A DNA stretch of 64,000 nucleotides from Tequatrovirus LF73P3. Under the pieces are notes generated by a model. That model searched no databases. It saw only the letters and a program-made list of their open reading frames with translations, and was not told the origin of the DNA. Position numbers and translations under genes: made by a program. Shown here piece after piece: positions 37,945 to 48,874 of the stretch; position 1 is the stretch's first letter; each line of letters begins with the position of its first letter. Where the stretch lies: sequence record OZ035756.1, one strand, 5' to 3'.

Positions 37945-38904
37945 TCACTTCCACTGCATTTCGCATGCTAATTGAATGAAAAGATATGCTAAATGTAATT
38001 CCGTATTAGCCGCAATTCCATGATACTGGTTATTTTCACCAACAATTTCATACATACGAATAATACTTTGCGGAGTTACACGTGTATAGATTTCTTCGGC
38101 AAGTTTACCTACGAACCACGAATAATCAGCTGCATATTTTGGCGCTAAAGCTCTGAGCTGTTTAACATCTTTATTTTTGAGAGACTCAAGAACATCATCA
38201 ATAGCACCACGATCGTTAGTAACCAGTGATAAAATACCAGCATCCAAAACACCTTTAGATGAATAACTATCGAGCTCACCAATAGTTTTACGAAAATCAG
38301 GAAAATTCTTTTTAACCAAAGCTGCTACAACTTTCATATCAGCTATAGCAATTCCTTCATGCTTGCAGATTTCAGTCAATCGACGAATCATCTGCTTCAT
38401 CATTTCAATTTTATCTTCATCAGTCGGTTGACCGAACGTAATAACTCGGCAGCGTGACTGAAGCGGTTTAATAATACCATCAATATTGTTAGCAGTAATA
38501 ATAATACTGCAGTTTGAACTATAAGCTTCCATAAAGGAACGAAGATGTCGCTGAGACTCTGCTAACCCTGAACGGTCAAATTCATCAATAACGATTACTT
38601 TTTGACGACCATCAAATGAAGCTGCACTAGCAAAATTAGTCAAAGGACCACGAACGAAATCAATTTTACAGTCTGATCCATTCACAAACATCATATCAGC
38701 ATTTACATCATGACACAATGCTTTTGCTACAGTTGTTTTACCTGTTCCTGGAGAAGGAGAATGAAGAATAATATGTGGAATTTTACCTTTACTTGTAATA
38801 GATTTAAAGGTTTCTTTATCAAAGGCGGGAAGAATACATTCATCGATAGTAGATGGACGATATTTCTGTTCAAGAATGTGTTCTTTTTCATTTACAGTAA
38901 TCAT
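37945..38904 (-). CDS. 44: gp44 clamp-loader ATPase subunit (AAA+)
   Basis: 319 aa from [17 protein letters not shown]...; Walker [11 protein letters not shown]; track start is 5 codons upstream. Confidence 0.9.
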   Translation of the reverse strand: MITVNEKEHILEQKYRPSTIDECILPAFDKETFKSITSKGKIPHIILHSPSPGTGKTTVAKALCHDVNADMMFVNGSDCKIDFVRGPLTNFASAASFDGRQKVIVIDEFDRSGLAESQRHLRSFMEAYSSNCSIIITANNIDGIIKPLQSRCRVITFGQPTDEDKIEMMKQMIRRLTEICKHEGIAIADMKVVAALVKKNFPDFRKTIGELDSYSSKGVLDAGILSLVTNDRGAIDDVLESLKNKDVKQLRALAPKYAADYSWFVGKLAEEIYTRVTPQSIIRMYEIVGENNQYHGIAANTELHLAYLFIQLACEMQWK

Positions 38905-38953
38905 AATTTCCTCATTCAAGTTTTAGTGTAAATTTAAGGGCCGAAGCCCTTTA

Positions 38954-39640
38954 TTAAAAGTCGTGGGTAGAATCAGCTTCAAGAGCTACTACATAATTCG
39001 CGTGTTCACCTTCAAATTTAGCAGCACCCTGTTTACCTTTTGCCCAGAGCAGAAGTTTATAATTTCCTGGTTGCATTTTCATATTTGCCATGTTGATAAT
39101 GAAATTAAATGTATTTTCACCATCATAATCACCAAGAGTCAAAGAATATTTAACACGGGTCAAAGCAGAATCTTCTACTTTATTAAAACCGTTAATTACG
39201 ATTTTACCTTCTTTTACTGTGATAGCAATTGTATCAATCTGCAGACCACGAGATACACGCAATAGTTGTTGAAGGTCTTCAGCTTTAATTTCGGTAACAA
39301 CAGATGCTACCGGAAATGGAATTGGTTTATTAGGAGCAACTACTGTACTCGGATCGGCTGCTGGCCAAAAAATTGTTGAACGAGCATCAGCAATTTTAAT
39401 ATTTCCATCTTCTGACTGGGAAATTTCTGCATCATCATTAACTAGAGACAGAATACCGAGAAAACCGTTCAAATCGTAAATCGCTACATCAAAATCAATA
39501 GTGTCGGAAATATTTGCTTCCGCATAAGTTGTACCATTAACTGCGCGAGTCATAATAAATTGACCAGATTTAAGCATAATGCCAGAGTTAATAGTAGCGA
39601 AATTTTTAAGCAGAGCAGTAGTATCTTTAGACAGTTTCAT
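38954..39640 (-). CDS. 45: gp45 sliding clamp
   Basis: 228 aa, MKLSKDTTALLKNFATINSGIMLK... Confidence 0.9.
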   Translation of the reverse strand: MKLSKDTTALLKNFATINSGIMLKSGQFIMTRAVNGTTYAEANISDTIDFDVAIYDLNGFLGILSLVNDDAEISQSEDGNIKIADARSTIFWPAADPSTVVAPNKPIPFPVASVVTEIKAEDLQQLLRVSRGLQIDTIAITVKEGKIVINGFNKVEDSALTRVKYSLTLGDYDGENTFNFIINMANMKMQPGNYKLLLWAKGKQGAAKFEGEHANYVVALEADSTHDF

Positions 39641-39666
39641 GTAATTTCCTTCAATTCAAGTGAGAT

Positions 39667-39693
39667 TTAATTTTATAACTAATTTAATAAAGC
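39667..39693 (-). promoter_or_regulatory. Candidate MotA-dependent middle promoter for gene 45 (TGCTTTA box, -10 TAAAAT)
   Basis: minus-strand aatTGCTTTAttaaattagttaTAAAAT. Confidence 0.45.
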
Positions 39694-39695
39694 AA

Positions 39696-40085
39696 TTAAC
39701 GATTAAAATCGGCAGCAATTGTTTCCGCAACAAGTTGAGCAGCAACAATTAGACGTTCATCTGCATTACCGCAATAATCATCTTCAAGGCGCTCACCACA
39801 TGAAGTCATAATAAATTTAGCACCAGCATTTAAAGATTCTGTCGTATGTTTGCGCATTAGTTCAATCCATTTATTACTTACTTCACGATCGATAGCTTCA
39901 TAATACGCATGACGAGCAGGTGCAGATTTAATTTTGCTCTGAATAACTTCCATCGCGTTATCAGAAAGAGACAAAACCCATGCTCGACGAATTTTATTTT
40001 GGTTTTGTGGATTTGATTCAGAACGCACGTGTTTTGGCTGAATATCTTTTACATCAACAGTATAATTCACAGTAATTTTAGTCAT
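39696..40085 (-). CDS. rpbA: RpbA RNA polymerase-binding protein
   Basis: 129 aa, position between 46 and 45 as in T4. Confidence 0.7.
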   Translation of the reverse strand: MTKITVNYTVDVKDIQPKHVRSESNPQNQNKIRRAWVLSLSDNAMEVIQSKIKSAPARHAYYEAIDREVSNKWIELMRKHTTESLNAGAKFIMTSCGERLEDDYCGNADERLIVAAQLVAETIAADFNR

Positions 40086-40094
40086 AATACACCT

Positions 40095-40283
40095 TTAGTC
40101 ATAATAATCAGTAACAGTCCAAGCTTCATTTCTGTTGGACATTATTTTCGTATATTCTGATTTAAATGCATTCTTAAGCATAGATTCAGTAACTATATGC
40201 TCTTCATTAGAAAAATTATTTCTCAGAATATATCGTTTTATTTCAGGAATAGTTAATAGATGCTGTCCAGTTGAATATTCCAT
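40095..40283 (-). CDS. hypothetical protein (62 aa)
   Basis: six-frame ORF. Confidence 0.4.
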   Translation of the reverse strand: MEYSTGQHLLTIPEIKRYILRNNFSNEEHIVTESMLKNAFKSEYTKIMSNRNEAWTVTDYYD

Positions 40284-40338
40284 GTTTTTCCTCCATAGAG
40301 ATTATACTCTAATAAATTAAAGCATAATCTCTTATAAA

Positions 40339-42021
40339 TTAAACCATTACAGTAAATCGACCAACTTTCTTCATTTGAAGATGCTGACCATATTCTTGCG
40401 GGTCATGGTCTTTATGTGAAATTATAAAAACATTAGTATTTTTCATTGAATTTATAATATTAGCTACACCTTTAATACCTTCGGCATCAAATGATCCATC
40501 AAACACTTCATCAAGAATTAATGTACTAATACTAACACCAGATACGATAGAAGCAATATCACGCCAAGTAAATAAAAGAGCAATATCGATTCGTGCTTTT
40601 TCACCTTCACTAAATGAAGCATAACTAAAATCTTCACGACCGCGGGATTTAATTGTCTCATTAAATTCTTCATCTAATGTAAACACATAATCCGCTTCCA
40701 TTATTTTAAGATAATGGTTAATCTGCTTATTAAATAATGGAATGTACTTTTTAATGATAGCACCTTTAATACCAGAATCTTTGAGCATATCAGTCAAAAT
40801 TCCTCTGTGGTATTTTTCCATTACTAAATTAGTTTTTGTCTTAACAATTTTATCAAGTTCTTCTTGAAGCAGTGCTATTTCATCAGCATGGTCAATAAAC
40901 TCAGATGATGCTTTTTCTATAGCTGCTTTAACTTTTTTAGCTTTATCTACCGTCGTGATTAGAGATTGCTTTTTATTGCGAATATCATTCGCCAACGTCT
41001 GCTGGGTTTTAATATTATCTCGGTATTCATCAACGAGAACTTTTAAATTATCACGATGTGTTGAAAGCTGTTCAAACGAATGCGTGCATTCAGAAACTTT
41101 ATCTTTAATTTTAGAAACAACTTTATCACCGGAACTTAATTGTGACAAACAGGTTGGACATAATCCACCTTCGTGATACATATTAATGACTTTATTATAC
41201 GAGTCAATTTTTGATTTAATTAAAAATGCTTCTTGACCGATTTTATTAAATGCATCAGTTGGGTCTTCATCCAAAACAATATTAACTAATCTTTCATTAG
41301 CTTCTTCTATTTCCGATTTTAACGTTCTAGCTTCTTTCGCCAAATCATCATACATATTCTGCAGACGAGTAAGGTTATCACCAGTTAATTTTTTCTGACG
41401 TTCAACGTTATCATTATATATTTTAATTTGCTGGATAATACTATCTTTTTTAACATCAAGCACTTGGTTTTGTGAATTTAATTCACGTATTAGTGCTTTA
41501 TTAAGCTTATCCATTTCAGCTAATGTTCCTACCTCGAGCAGGTCTTCGACGAGTTTTCTTCTTGCAGGAGTGGATAGGCCCATAAAAGGGGTATACCCTG
41601 CTGTACCAAGGACAACAATCTGTTTGAAACTGGCATATGACATTCCGATAAGCTGTTCAAATTCTGCTTGGAAATCTTTACTGCTGGCAGATTCATTAAG
41701 ACGTGTACCGTTAACGGTGATTTCGAAAACATTCGGTTTTTGTCCTCTTTTGATATAGTACTTTTTCTCATCATATTCCATCCACAGTTCAACTAAAAGT
41801 TCTTTCTTATTTGTGCTGTTTATTAATTGACCTTTCTTTACATCACGAAATGGCTTGCCAAAAAGCCCAAATGTGATGGCTTCTAACATAGTAGACTTAC
41901 CACCGCCATTTCGTCCAGTAATAAGAGTTTTTTGAACCTTATCTAGTTGAATGTCAATAGGATTTCCACCTACTGACATTATATTTTGATACCTAACTCG
42001 GTTTAGTTTAAAATTCTTCAC
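40339..42021 (-). CDS. 46: gp46 recombination ATPase (Rad50/SbcC-like)
   Basis: 560 aa, Walker A GRNGGGKST, coiled-coil with CxxC zinc hook, signature and Walker B at C-terminus. Confidence 0.85.
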   Translation of the reverse strand: MKNFKLNRVRYQNIMSVGGNPIDIQLDKVQKTLITGRNGGGKSTMLEAITFGLFGKPFRDVKKGQLINSTNKKELLVELWMEYDEKKYYIKRGQKPNVFEITVNGTRLNESASSKDFQAEFEQLIGMSYASFKQIVVLGTAGYTPFMGLSTPARRKLVEDLLEVGTLAEMDKLNKALIRELNSQNQVLDVKKDSIIQQIKIYNDNVERQKKLTGDNLTRLQNMYDDLAKEARTLKSEIEEANERLVNIVLDEDPTDAFNKIGQEAFLIKSKIDSYNKVINMYHEGGLCPTCLSQLSSGDKVVSKIKDKVSECTHSFEQLSTHRDNLKVLVDEYRDNIKTQQTLANDIRNKKQSLITTVDKAKKVKAAIEKASSEFIDHADEIALLQEELDKIVKTKTNLVMEKYHRGILTDMLKDSGIKGAIIKKYIPLFNKQINHYLKIMEADYVFTLDEEFNETIKSRGREDFSYASFSEGEKARIDIALLFTWRDIASIVSGVSISTLILDEVFDGSFDAEGIKGVANIINSMKNTNVFIISHKDHDPQEYGQHLQMKKVGRFTVMV

Positions 42022-42233
42022 AAAAGATTCCTTTTAATGTATCTTTTAGACCATTCTATCATATCATCATAATCTAAAAAGTATTCATCAAATTCAGCCA
42101 TGCAAACAACGCCTTGTGCTGCTTTTGATGTGATATAAATTATTCCAACATATCTAGAATCTTCTTCGGTATAATCAATGTTTGCTATGAATTCATCATT
42201 AATGTCAAATGTCGAAAACTTCACAGTATGCAT
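42018..42233 (-). CDS. hypothetical protein (about 71 aa), 46.1 position
   Basis: trimmed to internal ATG to relieve overlap. Confidence 0.35.
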   Translation of the reverse strand: MHTVKFSTFDINDEFIANIDYTEEDSRYVGIIYITSKAAQGVVCMAEFDEYFLDYDDMIEWSKRYIKRNLL

Positions 42234-42468
42234 CCTTAATACAAGATACAGCCATATCTTGTAATGATTTAGGTGTGTCATTATCTAAAATGTTGAAGTT
42301 AAAAGATACTGCCCAGTCAGTGCAGACCGTAACCTTTTTAATACAATTATCTTCAACCTCTAGCGGTTCAAACCAATATTCAATAATTTCTTTATGCCCA
42401 ATATCATCTTTTACTTCGCATTCAAAATGCTGACTCATCATAACATTTTTAAATTCATCAAAAGTCAT
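42205..42468 (-). CDS. hypothetical protein (87 aa), 46.2 position
   Basis: six-frame ORF. Confidence 0.4.
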   Translation of the reverse strand: MTFDEFKNVMMSQHFECEVKDDIGHKEIIEYWFEPLEVEDNCIKKVTVCTDWAVSFNFNILDNDTPKSLQDMAVSCIKDAYCEVFDI

Positions 42469-43484
42469 TGTGTTGCCTCTACATATAACTGATTTGCATA
42501 TTGAATAAGTGCTTCGCGATCAGAATCAGTGATGTCTGGAATTGCATTAATGTATTCTTCCATCAACGTCTGAAGAGATTGAACTTCCACTTCTTCGTTA
42601 TCATCTGATTCGACAGAGTTATCAATCTTTGACACAACTCGTAATGAATGCACAACTTTTTCTAGTTCAGATTCGAACTTCGTTAGATTTTTGTCTACCT
42701 CAGTTACTATAACACGTACTGATAGATTTGTAAAATCTTTATAGTCAATTTTTCCCTTAAATGGATATTGAATTCGACGATGCCAGGTAGTGTTGTTTGG
42801 AATAAATTCCATTCGTTCTGTTTCTGTATCAAACATCCAGAACCCACGAGGGTCATTCTCGTCACCTGCAGTTAGTGTCCATGGTGTCCCAATATATCTG
42901 ACGTTAGCAGCCTCAGAGATAGTATGGAAGTGACCAGACCACACTTCTTTATAAGTCTTAAGGAAATCAGGTTCAAGACCATGAGATTTCATTCCTTTAT
43001 AAAAATAAAATCCATTCAGTTCCCAGTGACCAACACAAAAAGAAGCAGATGAAGTTTTGATGTGTTCAAGAATTTCACCAGTATTTTCTTCACACATCCA
43101 AGGAATTAAATCAATCAAACATCCGTCAAAATCTACTGTAGTAGGCTTATCATATACTTTAACATTAGGATATTTAGCCAAAAGTTCAGTAGAAGCATTT
43201 GGATGCATTACATTTTTGTAGTGGAGATCGTGATTTCCTACAATAGTATGTAATGTGATTCCAGCACCATCAAGCATTTGAACTATTTCACGGGCAAACT
43301 CCATAGTTTTATGCGTGATCGCTTTTCGTACATCAAAAATATCACCGTATTGAATCCATACCGTAATTCCATTTTTCTTAGAATATTCTATCGCTTGCTT
43401 AATTCCATCAATTTGAATACCGCGAATCCACTCATCATCAGCTTTAACGCCTAAATGCCAATCACCTAAATTTAAAATTTTCAT
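42465..43484 (-). CDS. 47: gp47 recombination nuclease (Mre11/SbcD-like)
   Basis: 339 aa, calcineurin-like phosphoesterase motifs (GDWHLG, GNHD). Confidence 0.85.
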   Translation of the reverse strand: MKILNLGDWHLGVKADDEWIRGIQIDGIKQAIEYSKKNGITVWIQYGDIFDVRKAITHKTMEFAREIVQMLDGAGITLHTIVGNHDLHYKNVMHPNASTELLAKYPNVKVYDKPTTVDFDGCLIDLIPWMCEENTGEILEHIKTSSASFCVGHWELNGFYFYKGMKSHGLEPDFLKTYKEVWSGHFHTISEAANVRYIGTPWTLTAGDENDPRGFWMFDTETERMEFIPNNTTWHRRIQYPFKGKIDYKDFTNLSVRVIVTEVDKNLTKFESELEKVVHSLRVVSKIDNSVESDDNEEVEVQSLQTLMEEYINAIPDITDSDREALIQYANQLYVEATQ

Positions 43485-43660
43485 ATATCAAGAACCGTCA
43501 TTGAAATGCAAAATAAAATTATTGAAATAAATCCATCTGGAGTGCTAAAGAACCCAATCCAACATGCTCTAGTGAATAGATAAAATGCAAGAAAAAGTAT
43601 CACATATCCAAGAAATATCATTATATCAAACTCCGTATAAAGCTAAAGGGCCGAAGCCCT

Positions 43661-44863
43661 TTATTTTGTAATAATGTCAAACTGTTCTTTAAAACAGAAG
43701 CTTGAATCTTGATGCTGATACAAAAATTCATATGCTTTTTCTCGCTCACGGTCATAAAGAGCTTGGTCAGATGACAGTTCTTTAATACGTTCAAATGTTG
43801 ATTCCATATCATTTTCATCAAACCAAACGATACCGCTATCATGCGAAATTAGCGGAGTATTATCAACACGGAATTTTAAATTTTCGCCCGTAGATTTCCA
43901 AAATACTGGAATTGTTCCACATGCACCAAGCTCGAGATGAGTATATTCTAAAGAACGTTGTAGATATTTTTTATCTAATTTACTCAGCTGATAACCAAAT
44001 CCGGATTTACTCATGCGTTCAAGCATTTCGCTATTTACATAACGATCAAGAATTTGCGTTGGCAAATTAGGAGCAATTTTAATTTGGTCTACTTGATGAA
44101 GACGATAATACTCATATGGAATTCCTTTTTCTTTAATAGGAATGAACGCAGGAGAACGTTCCAGACCTTCCATAATAGTACTTAGCCCAGCAGGTTTAAG
44201 ATGTTTTTCGTGAAAATCAAACATCTGATAAAAACCTTTCCATGTAGTCGTACGACCAATCCAGCGGTTGATATTCATGTTAATTTCAGAAACATCTTTC
44301 CAGTAGGTTGATCGAACCTTCGCGATATCCATAGGAGGCTGAAAGTTGTATACGGTCGGTGCTTCTTCAATATCATCAAACAGAGAAACAGTTTCTGGAT
44401 ACCATTCTTTCATCAGAACTTTATTAAAATCACCATTATCAGAATGACTAAAAATAACATCAGCTCGACGAACAGTTTCTTCTAATCCCAAATTTCGACG
44501 CAAAGAAAGAGAAGAATGGTCATGTTGATAAACTACAACACGAACAGAAGGTTTAATGTTATCAATAATTTTTTTATAGTTATTAATAGGGTCTTCTTCA
44601 ACCGAAGTAGCAGGAACTGAATTGATAATTAGAATATCACAATCATTTACCAGCTTAAGTGTTTTATCGTATTCTTTTGCCAATAAAACCGGAATTGAAA
44701 ATGATTTATAATCATGTGCACAGTTACGAGTAAATGATTTATCTTTAGCATAAACCAAAGTTACTTCATGACCATTTTTAATAAACCAATCACGCTGCTC
44801 GAGAGAAAATTTAGTTACGCCGCAACCTTCAAGACCTCGAGCCATAAAAATGCATACTTTCAT
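43661..44863 (-). CDS. agt: alpha-glucosyltransferase
   Basis: 400 aa, sequence as recalled for T4 alpha-gt. Confidence 0.85.
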   Translation of the reverse strand: MKVCIFMARGLEGCGVTKFSLEQRDWFIKNGHEVTLVYAKDKSFTRNCAHDYKSFSIPVLLAKEYDKTLKLVNDCDILIINSVPATSVEEDPINNYKKIIDNIKPSVRVVVYQHDHSSLSLRRNLGLEETVRRADVIFSHSDNGDFNKVLMKEWYPETVSLFDDIEEAPTVYNFQPPMDIAKVRSTYWKDVSEINMNINRWIGRTTTWKGFYQMFDFHEKHLKPAGLSTIMEGLERSPAFIPIKEKGIPYEYYRLHQVDQIKIAPNLPTQILDRYVNSEMLERMSKSGFGYQLSKLDKKYLQRSLEYTHLELGACGTIPVFWKSTGENLKFRVDNTPLISHDSGIVWFDENDMESTFERIKELSSDQALYDREREKAYEFLYQHQDSSFCFKEQFDIITK

Positions 44864-45106
44864 TTAATATCCTCATTGTTTTGGTTTATTTTACCAAAAA
44901 TTTATAAAGCAATATAGGAGCCGAAGCTCCTATCCGCATAATACACCATACAGAGGCTCATTAGAGCTTCTAAATTTTATACGCTTATATGTTATAGTTC
45001 CTTCCGCTTTAGCTTTATCATGCGCCTCTTTAAAGCGTCTCATCATTTCTACTTTAGAGGAACGAATTTTATTATAATCTATTTCAGAAGTCTGGGTGTT
45101 CATCTT

Positions 45107-45313
45107 TCACAGTTGCCACCATTTTTTGACTTGATAGGAATCAACCCACACTTTCATATTAGGGTCTGCTCTTACAATAGGAGGATTAACTTCTTTAATT
45201 GAACTATCATGGTATTCTTTTTCAGAAATTTTCACACAAAGATGCCCATTCAAAGATTCAGTAAATCCTGCATTAATTTTAAGACGCTTGAATTTTACGT
45301 GTGTAAGCATCAA
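45107..45313 (-). CDS. hypothetical protein (68 aa)
   Basis: six-frame ORF. Confidence 0.4.
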   Translation of the reverse strand: MMLTHVKFKRLKINAGFTESLNGHLCVKISEKEYHDSSIKEVNPPIVRADPNMKVWVDSYQVKKWWQL

Positions 45314-45596
45314 TCATATCCTCAATCTGCGATCTAGTAGTCTTCCAAAGAATACTAATGAGTTCATCGTTATATGGCTGTTTTAGAATATCCCGACTTT
45401 TCTTGATAGCATATTCGTATTGAGCAAAATTATTGTTTTCAGCTGCAATCTGAGCGTGCTTATAAAGACGGTTCAGTTCGCGTTTGTTTTTAGACAATAA
45501 CTTATTTGCTTTTCTTTCTGCTTCAAGACGGTTCTTTTCTTCAATAGAAGAAATAAGCTTTTCCACTTCATCATTAATTTCGGGTTTATCAGTCAT
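45279..45596 (-). CDS. hypothetical protein (105 aa)
   Basis: six-frame ORF. Confidence 0.45.
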   Translation of the reverse strand: MTDKPEINDEVEKLISSIEEKNRLEAERKANKLLSKNKRELNRLYKHAQIAAENNNFAQYEYAIKKSRDILKQPYNDELISILWKTTRSQIEDMIDAYTRKIQAS

Positions 45597-45597
45597 A

Positions 45598-45816
45598 TTA
45601 TTTCTCTAATATAAAATAAAAATCATCATCTGTTAAATGATACCGATAGTTTAATTCTACACCATTAGATTTAAAAGCGGTATCATACGGATTTTCTGGA
45701 TCAATATCAATGTCAAGAGCTAAAACTTCCCTGAGATACATTTTAAGTAAATAGGGAATAGCTTCAACTTCAGGTATTTCTTCCAAGAATCCGGAGAGGT
45801 TAATCGTTAGCCTCAT
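45598..45816 (-). CDS. hypothetical protein (72 aa)
   Basis: six-frame ORF. Confidence 0.4.
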
Positions 45817-46357
45817 ATAAAAAATCCAAACTAGGAGAATCGTCTACAACACTTTTCTTTTCAGCCCCCGGTGTTCTATAGGTTGATTCTTCGTAATGCG
45901 TCATTTTATCGTAGATGTCTTGAATAAAAGTTTCATCTACTAACGCAACCATATCGTCGTCACGACTGTCATAGACATTGTGAACGAAGTAACTATATTT
46001 CTTTGCAACTTCCTTACGTTCTTTTTTAATACGTTGGACGAATGCATTAAAACAAGCTTGAGTTATATATGCATGTGGGTTTTTATATTTCGTTTCATCA
46101 AAATTATGAAGCCCCTTAATAGAAGCTTCTATACCATCTGCAATCATTTCTTGTTTCCAGGATTGGGTGTATCCTGAAAAGTTGAAACGTTTAGATAAGC
46201 CTTCTGCAATAAGCATAATGGCTAATCCGATAGTATCATTCTGACGAACTACTTTATTTGGGTCTTTATTATTTGCTAATTCTGTTTTCCAATCAATAAT
46301 AGCTTGTAAAAGCTCTTTATTGTTTACGTAATTATATTTAGGCTTAGTTTCTGACAT
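45800..46357 (-). CDS. 55: gp55 late sigma factor
   Basis: 185 aa from ATG at 46357 with SD GAGGTG; matches T4 gp55 length. Confidence 0.85.
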
Positions 46358-46435
46358 TTTCACCTCTTAGCTCAATTCATAGATCTATTATATCATAATA
46401 TTTGAAGATCTATCTTAAAGCATAGAGGATATCAG

Positions 46436-46705
46436 TTATCTAAGTAAGCAGTATGCTTGGAACACTTTCTCCATCATCTTTTTAAATTCATGAATATCTA
46501 TGTAATGACTAGTTAAATCAGCATGATATAAAAAGTCTAAAAACTTTTCATGTGTGCTAACATATTCGCTTTCATTTAATTCAGAAACATGGCTTTCCCA
46601 ATATCCAACACCAGTCTTATTTGGGAAAAATGAAATTTTCATATATTGGTCAACATAGAAAATTCCATAATTTTCAATAGTAATAGAAATATTAATAAAT
46701 TTCAT
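46436..46705 (-). CDS. hypothetical protein (89 aa)
   Basis: six-frame ORF. Confidence 0.4.
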   Translation of the reverse strand: MKFINISITIENYGIFYVDQYMKISFFPNKTGVGYWESHVSELNESEYVSTHEKFLDFLYHADLTSHYIDIHEFKKMMEKVFQAYCLLR

Positions 46706-46917
46706 ACATTCATCAACTTAGCCGCTTCAAGAGCTGCATCTAACGAATCAAATTGGTCGACGTATTCAATCAATTCGCCGTAATTAGCGTATAACCACCA
46801 TTGACTAAATTCATACTCAAGGATGAATCCATTTCCTTCAATTTGAGTTAAACCAATGCCATTTGTATTTACTTCATATCCGGCAAGACGCAAATCGTTA
46901 ATAAGAGCTTCGTTCAT
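46702..46917 (-). CDS. hypothetical protein (71 aa)
   Basis: six-frame ORF. Confidence 0.4.
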   Translation of the reverse strand: MNEALINDLRLAGYEVNTNGIGLTQIEGNGFILEYEFSQWWLYANYGELIEYVDQFDSLDAALEAAKLMNV

Positions 46918-46919
46918 AA

Positions 46920-47246
46920 TTATGCCTTAGTAATTTTCAGGTCAGCAAATTTTTTCTTGCGTTGATTTTTCATACGACGAATAGTTTTATCAGAAATTTC
47001 ATGCTTTTGATAAGCTTTAGATTCTACGCCAAAAGCTTTAACATCAAATTCTGACAAGATATATTGAACCAACAATTCACGGACAGTATTGCGCCCAATT
47101 TTCTGATCATTTTGTTTCATCGTCTGATGAAGCTCTTTTTCCCATTTATCCAAAATTTGAGGAGTTACAATATCGCCTTTTTCTAGCAAAGAAACCACTT
47201 TATCATATGCGTAAGAATTGATGGCGTTTTTAATTTGAATAGTCAT
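46920..47246 (-). CDS. hypothetical protein (108 aa)
   Basis: six-frame ORF. Confidence 0.45.
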   Translation of the reverse strand: MTIQIKNAINSYAYDKVVSLLEKGDIVTPQILDKWEKELHQTMKQNDQKIGRNTVRELLVQYILSEFDVKAFGVESKAYQKHEISDKTIRRMKNQRKKKFADLKITKA

Positions 47247-47298
47247 ACATTATCCTCAATTGCGTTAAAATTTTATTATCCAAAAAGGGCCGAAGCCC

Positions 47299-47499
47299 TT
47301 AGCTAAACTGTTTGGCGCCCTTCCAGCCTTCGTACATCATTGCGGCTGATATTAATATTGCTCCTGAGCAACTTGAATATTTGTGATTCCAAAACCAGTT
47401 TAGAAAAACTTCGTCATCAATACCTTGGGCTATCATATTTTCAAAGAACTGACGACGAGCTTCAGCAATTCGTTGCGATAATTTAGATTCAGGATTCAT
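47299..47499 (-). CDS. hypothetical protein (66 aa)
   Basis: six-frame ORF. Confidence 0.4.
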   Translation of the reverse strand: MNPESKLSQRIAEARRQFFENMIAQGIDDEVFLNWFWNHKYSSCSGAILISAAMMYEGWKGAKQFS

Positions 47500-47715
47500 T
47501 TAAATTTTCCAGTTACCATTTTCATCAATAAATTTAATCCAGTCATTTACTGACCACTTGGTCGTATCGCCCTTTGGAGCAACATTTAAAGTGTATAATC
47601 CCTGTTTAAAAAGCATGCGTTTGATATTCATATTTTCCTCAGCTGTAACGATAGCACTCGTTTGATTTACGCTTAGCAACTCGTTGAGAAGTATTATAAT
47701 CAAAATCATCGTCAA
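47500..47715 (-). CDS. hypothetical protein (71 aa)
   Basis: six-frame ORF. Confidence 0.4.
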   Translation of the reverse strand: MTMILIIILLNELLSVNQTSAIVTAEENMNIKRMLFKQGLYTLNVAPKGDTTKWSVNDWIKFIDENGNWKI

Positions 47716-47977
47716 TGTAAACTGATTTTTTCAACTTTCTTACTTCACCACGTAATTGGCGATTTAGCTCATCTTTAACTTCTGAATCAATGCCTTTCAT
47801 TCTACGCCATTTATCAGAGCGAAAAATGTTTTCGACCATATCTTTATGACTTACACCATCAGGAGCTTTACGCTTTCCGAAATAGTCATAATCACGAACT
47901 TTCAAGTCTTTACGACGATACGTTTTACCCATGGAGTTTAATTTCCTTAGCAACTGAACTAAATACAGCACGGTCAC
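47639..47977 (-). CDS. hypothetical basic protein (112 aa; start uncertain)
   Basis: six-frame ORF, overlaps neighbour. Confidence 0.35.
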   Translation of the reverse strand: MTVLYLVQLLRKLNSMGKTYRRKDLKVRDYDYFGKRKAPDGVSHKDMVENIFRSDKWRRMKGIDSEVKDELNRQLRGEVRKLKKSVYIDDDFDYNTSQRVAKRKSNECYRYS

Positions 47978-48107
47978 AAATCATCTGTTTATGTAACTTG
48001 AGTATAAGATAATAAACTTCAAAACCGTTTACATAAGTAACACGAACAACATTACCATTAATAAAATAATATTGTCCCTTTTTAATTTCTTTATCAACCA
48101 CAACCAT
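47925..48107 (-). CDS. hypothetical protein (60 aa)
   Basis: downstream of promoter at 48138..48167. Confidence 0.4.
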   Translation of the reverse strand: MVVVDKEIKKGQYYFINGNVVRVTYVNGFEVYYLILKLHKQMICDRAVFSSVAKEIKLHG

Positions 48108-48137
48108 ATCAAATCCTCAAAGGCAATTCATGTGTTA

Positions 48138-48167
48138 ATAATACCACAGTTTGAACTTCTTGTAAAC
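48138..48167 (-). promoter_or_regulatory. Early promoter (GTTTAC, TATTAT)
   Basis: minus-strand ttGTTTACaagaagttcaaactgtggTATTATtaac. Confidence 0.5.
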
Positions 48168-48265
48168 AACTTTGTGAAAATTATTTTAGGGAATGATAAG
48201 AAGGGAACGATAGCTTAGAATGGTAATATACAGAATGTGAGAAAGAAAGGCCCAGAGGGCCCGTC

Positions 48266-48637
48266 TTAGTCTTCTATGATATCTCTATCATATCCAAGTG
48301 AAATGAGAGTTTCTTTGAAGTGTTTAATGTTCTTTTGTCTAGAATCATTAATGAAAATGACTGGATAACGAATGTTAAGAGATGTAAATCCAGCGCGTTT
48401 AGCAAGAGATACAATCAGTGGACGATCATACTCGATCTTACCATTATTTGTAAGAACTTTATAGAAAGTAAAAGGAGCATTGAGCTCCTTTAGAAGTTTT
48501 GTAACTGATTGACATCCAGGACAACGACCAACTTCATCTGGAATTCCATAGACTTCAATCTTATTCTTTAAGTTCGAGTTTTGTTCCACGAGAAATAATT
48601 CCTTGATAAGCCCAATATGGCGGGTTAACAGAATCAT
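48266..48637 (-). CDS. nrdH: NrdH-like glutaredoxin (start uncertain)
   Basis: CPGC redox motif after a beta-strand KIEVYGIP; location upstream of nrdG. Confidence 0.5.
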   Translation of the reverse strand: MILLTRHIGLIKELFLVEQNSNLKNKIEVYGIPDEVGRCPGCQSVTKLLKELNAPFTFYKVLTNNGKIEYDRPLIVSLAKRAGFTSLNIRYPVIFINDSRQKNIKHFKETLISLGYDRDIIED

Positions 48638-48872
48638 CGCCAGAATTTTCTTCAGGAAAATAAACCTGGATAACAAATCCAGATTCATCAAAGGTAAAAT
48701 AAACCGTAGGTAATTCACCTAACAATTCAGCACGATTATTAATTTCTTCGAGTTCTCGTTCACGTCCGGCCCAAAAACTAGGATTTAGACTACATTCATA
48801 GAAATAATAGTCATTACCGAACATATCAAAACCATTCCAACTCTCTACCACATACCGCTCAAAACTAATCAT
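48561..48872 (-). CDS. hypothetical protein (103 aa)
   Basis: six-frame ORF. Confidence 0.4.
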   Translation of the reverse strand: MISFERYVVESWNGFDMFGNDYYFYECSLNPSFWAGRERELEEINNRAELLGELPTVYFTFDESGFVIQVYFPEENSGDDSVNPPYWAYQGIISRGTKLELKE

Positions 48873-48874
48873 AA